Assembly: GCF_014396165.1 (NCBI RefSeq) | Contig: NZ_CP060715.1 | Location: 510,001-542,000 of the forward strand | DNA: 32,000 nt | From: Erysipelothrix inopinata | Lineage (GTDB): Bacteria > Bacillota_I > Bacilli_A > Erysipelotrichales > Erysipelotrichaceae | Direction of reading: 5' to 3' | Made by a program: the position numbers and the translations under genes | Notes under the pieces: generated by a model | Database searches by the model: none | Seen by the model: only the letters and a program-made list of their open reading frames with translations | Told to the model about the DNA's origin: nothing | Shown here: piece by piece, positions 24,982-32,000 of the stretch | How positions within the stretch are numbered: the stretch's first letter is position 1 | How the letters are laid out: each line of letters starts with the position of its first letter

Positions 24982-27672
24982 TTATTGCCAACTTTCTTTA
25001 CGCGTTGATTTTGTAGCTCGTTTTTCTTCATGAATTAAATTATCGTTTTTACTAATATATGACGATCTCGCTTTTATAAGTTCTTTTCGTCCCTCTTTGC
25101 TTCGTGTATAACAATATCCATACTTAATTCTGTCACGACTCAAGTTTCTAACAAATTTCTCGACACTCTTCTGGTTAATCGAAATAATTGTAGGACAAGT
25201 ATAACTCATATAATAGTTTCGTCTTTTGAAGAGTCTTTTCTTATATATTATATAACGCGGGTTTTCTATAACCGTAAAAAACTCTTCAACTGCACGAGCG
25301 TATAGTGCACTTTCTTTTTCATTCGCATTTTCCAAGTAGAAACTTGTCGTAATTTTATCATCACTCACTTTGATCACTGAATGAGCCCATCGATTAATAT
25401 GATTCATCTCTACAAGAGTATCGCAAATTGCTTTACCCAATGATTCCATTTTCTTTCTACGACCACCAAAATACCAAATAAATTTGCTGACTAAAATTGC
25501 AATAAATGAAATCAGATACTGAATCAAATAGATATTCATTCGAATTTGATTTTTTTTAGTTACGATTGAAAAGATTAGAAAAATTCCTACCGTAATAATT
25601 GCACTAATGGTGAGGCTTGATAGAATATTGTCGAAAAGAAACTCTTTATTCATTTTTATACTTTCCGGAGCTTTTACGGATACCTCATGTGTTACTTGAA
25701 CTTGAACGTTCTCATCAACTCCAACCATTTCATACCATTGAGCACGGGTTTCAGCGCGATTATTGGAACGTTCTAGCATTTCTTTATTAATGAGTTCGAC
25801 TTGCATCCGATTCAAATTATCCTTGGAAATACCTGTCCGATTTAAACCACCCGCTAAACGCGTTCCATCATAGCTTGGTCCCATGAAATTTCGGAAGCGA
25901 CGTTCCAACATCTCGTAGTCCCCACCTACATCATCAACATTATTTTTAGAAAACGGATTACCCGAAGGTGCGGGAAGTGTTACGAGATGCCATATATTCG
26001 ATACTTTCTGAGGGTTATTAGGATCCAGACGAATTGCTCTTCCACGCATTTGATTGCTTAACATATAACTTCCAACAAAACTTGCGAGAATAAGTGTATT
26101 GATTGAAGGAGAATCCCAACCTTCTCCAAGTAATGATTTAGTACCTACTAAGATTTGAACATGACCTGCTTCAAATAAATAGGTCGCAATCTTAACGATG
26201 TTCTTATTACCACCTGATATACGGTATTCACTGTATCCTGTATCATTTAATGATGTCATCGCAAATTGGAAATTGAATTCTTCCCTCTTTTTTTCAATAA
26301 CTTGTTGCAGTGTTGTTGGGAGTAAAAGCAACGAACCTGAGACCGCTCCAATACGTTCTCCTTCGATTTCTTCTCTTCGGATGAGTTCAAATATCGGTAC
26401 AGTTCCAAGAGCATTAATCGGCTCTTGTGTTCCAACAGTATTAAGATACTCTTTATGAATATAATCTGTAAGAATCAACATCCGCAACGATTGACGACGA
26501 CTTTGAAATTCATGTTTCACAATTTCTTTGATACTATCAAGCTTACCTAGAGATGATATTAAGGTTCTTGTCGTTTTTGGGTTAGCTTCAAGGTAGAGTT
26601 TATTCCCTTGCATCAAACCATATCTTTTAAAAGTAGTTATTAGCTCCTCACAGTTATCATCACCAAACTTATCTGGGTTGTTAAGTATAAATTGAAAAGC
26701 AGTTTGAATATATATTGCTTTATAAGGAGGCAATGTTCCCTTAGGAGAAACAGTACGCACCAAGTCCCGAGGACATTTAAGATCATTATGTTTCATCACC
26801 GTCAATAAGGAACTAAACTCTAATGGAGACTCGAGAATTTCATCAATCTTTAGTTCATAATGTGTCAATAACTGATACATATCAATACATTTCGTTAAGA
26901 TACCCTCTGATATTACTTCAGATACGGCTTCTTTACTCTGGGCTTCATAACTTTTTATAAACTTATTTTCAGATTCAGTTGGGAAATTGAAGTATACAAA
27001 GTCCTGATGAGGACAAAGTGTTTTTTGTTGTACAAGTTCTGGAATGCTAATCTCTTCATCAATCTCGCCACTGATTGACGTATAGTGGTCCCACTCTGTT
27101 TGGGTGCTATCAAAAGGTGGCGTTGCCGTTAATGAAATCACCGTAACATCTTTATTGATTGTGGAAATAAACTGCGTTAATGATTGTTTCCATTCCGCTT
27201 TAAGATGATGGGCTTCATCAAGACAAATAACTCCAATGTTTGCCTCTTTAATTTTCTTATAAAGATTAAAACCTTCATAGGCAAGATCTTCAGAAATATC
27301 TTCATATTCATCTTCTGAATTAATGTCAGCTTGTAGATTTAGCTTTTTATTCGCCGCATGTAAAGCTTGATAAGTAATTGAAGTAACGAGGGCTGGATTT
27401 TTAAGTGAGTAGGATACATCTGTTTCGCATCCTTCTTCCGAAAAATTATCACTCAGACGCATTCCCCATTGGTGTTGAATTGTGACTGTAGGAGAAATAA
27501 TTAGTGCAGGTTTATTAATCCTACGAATTAATTCTAGACCCAGGATTGTTTTACCACTTCCGGGTGCCGCAACGATATTAATTTTATTATCTTCGAGATA
27601 CGTTTCTGCGTGGTCGAGGACTCTTTTTTGATAGGGGCGAAATTCCCCCTTAAACTTATATTTTGAATACAT
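24982..27672 (-). CDS. SF2 DEAH-box (ResIII/XPB-like) helicase with a C-terminal two-TM hairpin and an uncharacterised basic C-terminal domain
   Basis: Motifs (numbering from the 922-aa long ORF): FRPYQ, Walker A AAPGSGKT (aa 61-68), CLDEAHH (DEAH), LTATPP, LLGEGWDSPS, QMRGRAIR. Hydrophobic segments are ILSSLTISAIITVGIFLIFSIV and IYLIQYLISFIAILVSKFIWYF (nt 25465-25629). I prefer ATG 27672 (MYSKYKFKGEF), with GGAGGA 27683..27678, over the longest-ORF start at 27750. Confidence 0.8.
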   Translation of the reverse strand: MYSKYKFKGEFRPYQKRVLDHAETYLEDNKINIVAAPGSGKTILGLELIRRINKPALIISPTVTIQHQWGMRLSDNFSEEGCETDVSYSLKNPALVTSITYQALHAANKKLNLQADINSEDEYEDISEDLAYEGFNLYKKIKEANIGVICLDEAHHLKAEWKQSLTQFISTINKDVTVISLTATPPFDSTQTEWDHYTSISGEIDEEISIPELVQQKTLCPHQDFVYFNFPTESENKFIKSYEAQSKEAVSEVISEGILTKCIDMYQLLTHYELKIDEILESPLEFSSLLTVMKHNDLKCPRDLVRTVSPKGTLPPYKAIYIQTAFQFILNNPDKFGDDNCEELITTFKRYGLMQGNKLYLEANPKTTRTLISSLGKLDSIKEIVKHEFQSRRQSLRMLILTDYIHKEYLNTVGTQEPINALGTVPIFELIRREEIEGERIGAVSGSLLLLPTTLQQVIEKKREEFNFQFAMTSLNDTGYSEYRISGGNKNIVKIATYLFEAGHVQILVGTKSLLGEGWDSPSINTLILASFVGSYMLSNQMRGRAIRLDPNNPQKVSNIWHLVTLPAPSGNPFSKNNVDDVGGDYEMLERRFRNFMGPSYDGTRLAGGLNRTGISKDNLNRMQVELINKEMLERSNNRAETRAQWYEMVGVDENVQVQVTHEVSVKAPESIKMNKEFLFDNILSSLTISAIITVGIFLIFSIVTKKNQIRMNIYLIQYLISFIAILVSKFIWYFGGRRKKMESLGKAICDTLVEMNHINRWAHSVIKVSDDKITTSFYLENANEKESALYARAVEEFFTVIENPRYIIYKKRLFKRRNYYMSYTCPTIISINQKSVEKFVRNLSRDRIKYGYCYTRSKEGRKELIKARSSYISKNDNLIHEEKRATKSTRKESWQ

Positions 27673-27756
27673 ATGCGTCCTCCATGCTTCTTCCTTATAT
27701 TTTACCCTTTTAATCTTTTGAATAGACCAATGTGAAGCATTTTTCATCATATTTTA

Positions 27757-27790
27757 TATAAAAAACCCATGAAACAATCTTCCATGGGTC
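27757..27790 (-). terminator. rho-independent terminator after tatD
   Basis: Minus-strand RNA: ACCCAUGGAA-GAUUG-UUUCAUGGGU (one mismatch), followed by UUUUUAUAU. Confidence 0.75.
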
Positions 27791-27865
27791 ATTTATTCAT
27801 TAATATATATCGGTGGAGTTCTTTAATGACTTCTCTAAAGTCATTTTTATTAATTTGTGGATTCA

Positions 27866-28651
27866 TCATATCTTTTTATACATTGTTTTGTAGTTCTTCA
27901 TTACTTGCTCTTGTAGCTCTTCCACACTCATGTTTAAATGATTTGCAATGTATTCTCCAGTATATGAAACATAAGCAGGTTCATTTCGTTTTCCACGCTT
28001 TGGCATCGGCGCTAAGTAGGGAGAATCTGTTTCAGTTAGAATTCTATCTAAAGGAATGATATCCAAGACATCGCGAACATTTCCGCCATTCTTAAATGTT
28101 GTGATACCACCAAAACCTAGATAATATCCCATATCTAAAAGTATTTTAGCATTCTCAACAGTATCGCTATAACAATGAATCACACCTTTGTTATCAACAG
28201 GATGTTTCTTCAATACATCAATCACAGTATCAATTGCCGTTGATCCATCTTTTTCATTTCTTACATGAACTGCAATAGGAAGCTGATATTGATTCGCAAG
28301 ATTAATTTGAGCAACCAATATTTCTATTTGTTTTTGGAGCTGTGTTTGATCCCAATACATATCAATTCCAATCTCACCAACACAAACAACTTGAGGATGG
28401 GTTAAAAACGATTCGAAAGTTTTGACATCTTTATAATTATCAAGTTCAGTAGGATGTACTCCAAGCGATATATGAAACTGGGGATTTCCTTCAATCTTAC
28501 TGAGAGCCTGTTTCATTTCTTCTAGTGAACCACAAATGATATTGATTAGTTGTACATTTAAGTCACGCGCATTCGCAACAATCTCATCCCATGATTCGAA
28601 TAATTCACCATATGCAATATGAGCATGGGAATCTATCCAATATTTTTCCAT
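27866..28651 (-). CDS. tatD: TatD-family metal-dependent hydrolase/DNase (YabD-like)
   Basis: 261 aa. N-terminal WIDSHAHI. Further motifs are GEIGIDMYW, IAVHVRN and the C-terminal ETDSPYLAP. Confidence 0.92.
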   Translation of the reverse strand: MEKYWIDSHAHIAYGELFESWDEIVANARDLNVQLINIICGSLEEMKQALSKIEGNPQFHISLGVHPTELDNYKDVKTFESFLTHPQVVCVGEIGIDMYWDQTQLQKQIEILVAQINLANQYQLPIAVHVRNEKDGSTAIDTVIDVLKKHPVDNKGVIHCYSDTVENAKILLDMGYYLGFGGITTFKNGGNVRDVLDIIPLDRILTETDSPYLAPMPKRGKRNEPAYVSYTGEYIANHLNMSVEELQEQVMKNYKTMYKKI

Positions 28652-28658
28652 TATTTCA

Positions 28659-30005
28659 CTACTTTCCTAAACAGAAGCGTGAGAATATTTCATCTAAAAC
28701 ATTCACATCTTCTCGTGGCATTATTACAGAGGCTAATTCAATATATGATTCATTTAAATCAATCGTCACTAAATCTAATTCCATTCCAAACTCAAGTGCT
28801 TGAAGTGCTCTTTGCATCGCTAAGTAACTCTTTTGTACTTGAGCAATATGGCGTTGATTCGAAAGTGTTGGTTTCGTAAGTGCCTTTGTATGCGTAACAT
28901 AACGATTGTTAATTTCGTTTGTTAGTGCACTGACATCTTGATTGAGTGCTGAAACATATATCTTTTCAGGGTCTCCTGATGTGAGGAGATCTTCTTTATT
29001 ATAAATAATAATACGTTCTTTATGCTTAGTAGCTTCAAGAAGATCTAGGTCATCTTGATCTCTTTCTTGAGTTGCATCGAAAACAATGATGACAAGTTCT
29101 GCTTCATCAAGAGCTTTACGACTTTTTTCAATTCCAATTTGTTCAATACGGTCTCCCGTATCACGTAATCCTGCTGTATCAATTAAATGGAGTGCTACAT
29201 TGTCGAGTTTAATCCAACCTTCAACAAGATCACGAGTTGTTCCCGCGATATCTGTTACGATTGCTTTATCTTCATTAAGTAATACATTTAGGATGCTTGA
29301 TTTTCCGACGTTAGGTTTCCCTAGAATTACCGTTTTGACGCCTTCTTTCATAATGCGTCCTGATTTTGATTCTTGAAGAATTTTCTCTAAGTCCTTCATA
29401 AAGTCTTTGGCTAACGGTAAGATAATGTCTTCGGTTAAAACTTGAACATCATCATACTCAGGATAGTCAATATTTACTTCAATGTTTGCGATAATTTGAA
29501 TTAATTTTTCAAGGAGTGGTTCAATAAGATTCTTAACATTTCCTTTTACTCCTGAAATAGCGAGTTCTTGCGCAAATTCATTCGGTGCTTGAATAAGTTC
29601 CATGACTGATTCAGCTTGAGAAAGGTCAATACGTCCATTTAAGAATGCACGTTGTGTATATTCTCCTGGTAATGCCTCACGAGCGCCTACGGATAAGCAA
29701 AGTTCTAATACTTTCTTAGTCACAAGAACACCGCCGTGACAACTAATTTCCACTACATCTTCTCGAGTGTATGTTTTGGGTGCTTTAAAGACAGACAAAA
29801 GGACCTCATCCACAGTTTGATGTGTAACGGGGTCAATGATGTGTCCATAGCTTACGGTATGTGAATCAACCTTAGTCAAATCACGAGAAAATATCATGTT
29901 TGCATAAGAGATTGCGTCAGGACCACTAAGCCGTATTACGGATATGGCACTTTCTTGAAGTGCTGTTATTATTGCTACTATTGTATCTGTTATCATAATA
30001 TCCAT
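28659..30005 (-). CDS. mnmE: tRNA uridine-5-carboxymethylaminomethyl modification GTPase MnmE
   Basis: 448 aa. G domain GKPNVGKSS, DTAGLR and NKEDL. The C-terminal FCLGK tetrapeptide is characteristic of MnmE/TrmE. Confidence 0.93.
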   Translation of the reverse strand: MDIMITDTIVAIITALQESAISVIRLSGPDAISYANMIFSRDLTKVDSHTVSYGHIIDPVTHQTVDEVLLSVFKAPKTYTREDVVEISCHGGVLVTKKVLELCLSVGAREALPGEYTQRAFLNGRIDLSQAESVMELIQAPNEFAQELAISGVKGNVKNLIEPLLEKLIQIIANIEVNIDYPEYDDVQVLTEDIILPLAKDFMKDLEKILQESKSGRIMKEGVKTVILGKPNVGKSSILNVLLNEDKAIVTDIAGTTRDLVEGWIKLDNVALHLIDTAGLRDTGDRIEQIGIEKSRKALDEAELVIIVFDATQERDQDDLDLLEATKHKERIIIYNKEDLLTSGDPEKIYVSALNQDVSALTNEINNRYVTHTKALTKPTLSNQRHIAQVQKSYLAMQRALQALEFGMELDLVTIDLNESYIELASVIMPREDVNVLDEIFSRFCLGK

Positions 30006-30049
30006 TATAAATAATTAAGCTCGCTTATTCAAATGATACACGCATGATT

Positions 30050-30598
30050 TCAAACAAAACGATCAATGAAATCAGGAACAGTCGTGGAAGCATTTTCTTG
30101 AATCTCCATTATCTCCGCACCATTCATATATGCAATGTCTCGAAGTTGGATTGCAATTTGAGTATAACGTGACGCTCCAATTACTAAGAATATATCTCCT
30201 TCGCCTAATTGGCTTACTTTCTGAATTGCTTTGGAATAGTTTGGGGCAAGATCACCATAAAGTACTGGTTTATTATAGAGTTCATGAGCATATGCCATTT
30301 CCTCATCCATAGGTAAACTACCATGGAGATGAAGCACACGTTTACTCCCTGCTTTTTCATGAAGTGAATCAACATTCATTGTGATAATATCTATGTCTGC
30401 CTTTGCCAGTGCAATATGCGCTGCATTAGGTTTTGCTTCATCAACATCTTTTTTCATCGTTGCAACGACTTCGCAATATTTCTTAGGGTGGTTGATTGCA
30501 AACTCTCGATGAAGACAATCTCGAACATCAGGACGATCCATAAAGGTATCAATTCCTGATTCTTTGCTTATCCCAGCTCCTGTAAATGCTAATATCAT
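30050..30598 (-). CDS. Sir2-family (CobB-like) NAD-dependent deacylase homologue lacking the zinc-ribbon module
   Basis: 182 aa. Motifs FTGAGISKESGIDTF, KPNAAHIALAK and ITMNVDSLHEKAGSKRVLHLHGS align with CobB motifs. No Cys pairs occur between LHGS and VLYGD. SD AGGAGGGA overlaps the stop of the upstream gene. TGA stop. Confidence 0.8.
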   Translation of the reverse strand: MILAFTGAGISKESGIDTFMDRPDVRDCLHREFAINHPKKYCEVVATMKKDVDEAKPNAAHIALAKADIDIITMNVDSLHEKAGSKRVLHLHGSLPMDEEMAYAHELYNKPVLYGDLAPNYSKAIQKVSQLGEGDIFLVIGASRYTQIAIQLRDIAYMNGAEIMEIQENASTTVPDFIDRFV

Positions 30599-30608
30599 TC
30601 AATCCCTC

Positions 30609-31232
30609 CTAATCCATAAAATGTACTTTTCTTTGAATTATTTCATAATCACTATTCAGCTTGTATTCAACTATCACTTCATAGGGATCTGCTTTGGAGT
30701 CTAGAAATTCAAGACGAGACTCTACCAGCACTGCATCATCTTTATTTTGTACAAAAACACTTTGATTTGATAGTGGTAAGGTACTTTTTAATATCCAAGT
30801 TGCTCCATACAGTTTTGCCTTCATTACAGCATCATCAGTTTCCGAAGCCAATGTAATCCATCCATTATCAGTTTTTCTCACATTCAGGCGTTGCTCTACT
30901 GTAACGCACGTTCTAAATTTTGGAATATAGATAGCATCCTTAAATTTAAGAAAAGAGTCATTCATTGTTTCATCTTCTATCGTAGCTTTAACCTTTTTTT
31001 CTGCAACTGCAGCATCAACATTACATCTTCCAATACTTTCATTGAGTGTTCGTTGTGTTCGATAACTGTCATAAACTGGTAAAGAAAGAATCGTAATGAT
31101 TGCGACAATCACCAATCCATCTCTAATTTTACTAAAGTTCTTTTTTAATGTTTCAATCTCATAACGATCATTAATTAGTATCATTGCAAGATATATCGAT
31201 AGTGTGATCAATAATATTAATAGTATTTTCAT
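30609..31232 (-). CDS. hypothetical two-TM membrane protein with an approximately 150-aa extracytoplasmic domain
   Basis: 207 aa. TM1 is ILLILLITLSIYLAMILI and TM2 is LVIVAIITILSLPVY. SD GGAGAA precedes ATG 31232. No family recognised. Confidence 0.7.
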   Translation of the reverse strand: MKILLILLITLSIYLAMILINDRYEIETLKKNFSKIRDGLVIVAIITILSLPVYDSYRTQRTLNESIGRCNVDAAVAEKKVKATIEDETMNDSFLKFKDAIYIPKFRTCVTVEQRLNVRKTDNGWITLASETDDAVMKAKLYGATWILKSTLPLSNQSVFVQNKDDAVLVESRLEFLDSKADPYEVIVEYKLNSDYEIIQRKVHFMD

Positions 31233-31258
31233 ATTGTTCTCCTATCTATCCTATATTT

Positions 31259-31287
31259 AGTGTATCTTGATTTATTTTACTTTGCAA
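31259..31287 (-). promoter_or_regulatory. sigma-A type promoter of the 2-TM / sirtuin / mnmE / tatD unit
   Basis: Minus strand: TTGCAA (31287..31282), a 17-nt spacer, then TACACT (31264..31259). Confidence 0.5.
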
Positions 31288-31314
31288 CTTCCATAATTTC
31301 CTATAAATATAATA

Positions 31315-31388
31315 AAACTCTACCCTTTTCGATGGGCTTCTGAGACGTTGGTGTTTATCAGAGAATCCACAGATATACGGTAGAGTTT
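31315..31388 (-). terminator. long-range stem structure (10-bp perfect stem enclosing 54 nt) followed by a U-rich tract; probable complex terminator of the lipoprotein gene
   Basis: AAACTCTACC (31315-31324) pairs perfectly with GGTAGAGTTT (31379-31388). In the minus-strand RNA the 3' arm is followed by UUAUUAUAUUU. It lies 48 nt after the upstream stop and upstream of the next promoter. Confidence 0.45.
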
Positions 31389-31436
31389 AAAATTAATAAC
31401 GATTTCGTTTATTTCTTTTACTGATAGTTCAGTATT

Positions 31437-31958
31437 TTAATCATACCAGAGTTGTTCAACTGTGCCTTTTATAGCTTGTTGTTCATCAAGATTTAAGAGT
31501 CGTGATGATACTGAAACTCCGTTAAATATAGGAGATACTGTATTGATGTTACCATTTTTGACAACGTAGACAACAGGGAAAACATTCCGGAAATCAGAAT
31601 CAGAAATGTATTGTTCTGATAGCTTGTTGACCTTTTCTTTGTCCTTGTCTTTGTATGAATCACTTGATGTATCAACATACATGATATCGATCTTTTTATC
31701 TTCTGCAATTTCTTCTAAAATCTCCACATAGCTCAAGCTTGTGGGATTATCTGGGTTGGCAATGAAGTAGATGCCATCCTTCGCATCTTCAATCATATCC
31801 AAGACATCAGAATATTTTGATGTCTTGAAATGATTGTCTTCTTTAAAATCCTCATAAGCTTTCATGTCAGCGTCCTTAATGCGAACGCCACATGAAGCCA
31901 AAGTTGGGAGTAAAACGAATGTCATTAACATAATTAGAATACGTTTACGCATCTTCAT
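31437..31958 (-). CDS. hypothetical lipoprotein
   Basis: Preferred start is ATG 31958 (MKMRKRILIMLMTFVLLPTLASC, with lipobox LASC). The mature part is acidic and Lys-rich with no recognised motif. The longest ORF extends to 31997. Confidence 0.7.
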   Translation of the reverse strand: MKMRKRILIMLMTFVLLPTLASCGVRIKDADMKAYEDFKEDNHFKTSKYSDVLDMIEDAKDGIYFIANPDNPTSLSYVEILEEIAEDKKIDIMYVDTSSDSYKDKDKEKVNKLSEQYISDSDFRNVFPVVYVVKNGNINTVSPIFNGVSVSSRLLNLDEQQAIKGTVEQLWYD

Positions 31959-32000
31959 GTTTTTTCTTTCGTTCAATGATGACAACAATGATACCAAGAA

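Noticed and set aside
17386-27865. Prophage, integrative element or transposon borders around the accessory-looking block
   Set aside because: No integrase, transposase, recombinase, tRNA attachment site or flanking direct/inverted repeats were visible. The units are ordinary operons with their own promoters and terminators.
30015-30028. Palindrome TTAAGC-TC-GCTTAT between the sirtuin gene and mnmE, resembling the LacI-type boxes at 10039 and 10105
   Set aside because: The half-sites are separated by two extra bases compared with the operator-like boxes, which would break dimer register. It is a single occurrence and probably coincidental. It may only be a weak RNA hairpin.
1-32000. Alternative genetic code (UGA = Trp, Mollicutes-like), considered because of the very compact AddB and the AT-richness
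   Set aside because: At least two well-supported genes end with TGA: ispE at 14193-14195 and the sirtuin gene at 30050-30052. All recognised proteins are full length under the standard code, with Trp encoded by TGG.

Overview
AT-rich, almost fully coding chromosomal segment of a low-GC Bacillota-type genome. The taxon cannot be fixed from the sequence alone. The standard genetic code applies, since TGA is used as a stop, for example at ispE and the sirtuin gene. I support 29 protein genes, two of them disrupted, plus cis-regulatory elements. I saw no rRNA, tRNA, CRISPR array, transposase or integrase.

Layout:
- 1-687: 5' part of an unknown minus-strand gene that is absent from the ORF track.
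- 800-6319: addB-addA. addA is split by a frameshift in a G6 run.
- 6388-11133, minus strand: a LacI-family regulator, then a GNAT / ribokinase / nucleoside hydrolase / DcuC-type transporter operon. Its control region has two operator-like palindromes 66 bp apart and a cre-like box.
- 11246-11308: an 11-bp tandem repeat.
- 11396-17325, minus strand: a Bacillus-like housekeeping string of YabE-like 3D-domain lipoprotein, rnmV, rsmA, ispE, glmU, prs and a NUDIX gene.
- 17488-20286: an aldehyde dehydrogenase / unknown membrane protein / QueT operon.
- 20484-24490, plus strand: a Met-specific T-box leader controlling an M20 amidohydrolase and metNIQ.
- 24536-27750: a terminator-bounded pair. It holds an SF2 DEAH helicase that carries a two-helix membrane hairpin and an unknown basic C-terminal domain, followed 2 nt later by a GNAT gene with an in-frame TAA.
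- 27866-31232: a 2-TM protein, a zinc-module-less mini-sirtuin, mnmE and tatD, apparently co-transcribed.
- 31437-31958: a lipoprotein gene followed by a long-range stem structure.

The best candidate for something undescribed is the membrane-anchored helicase/GNAT unit. Secondary candidates are the mini-sirtuin/2-TM pair, the helically phased 11-mer array, and the DcuC-type carrier inside a nucleoside catabolic operon. All functional calls rest on motif recognition by eye; no database search was possible.
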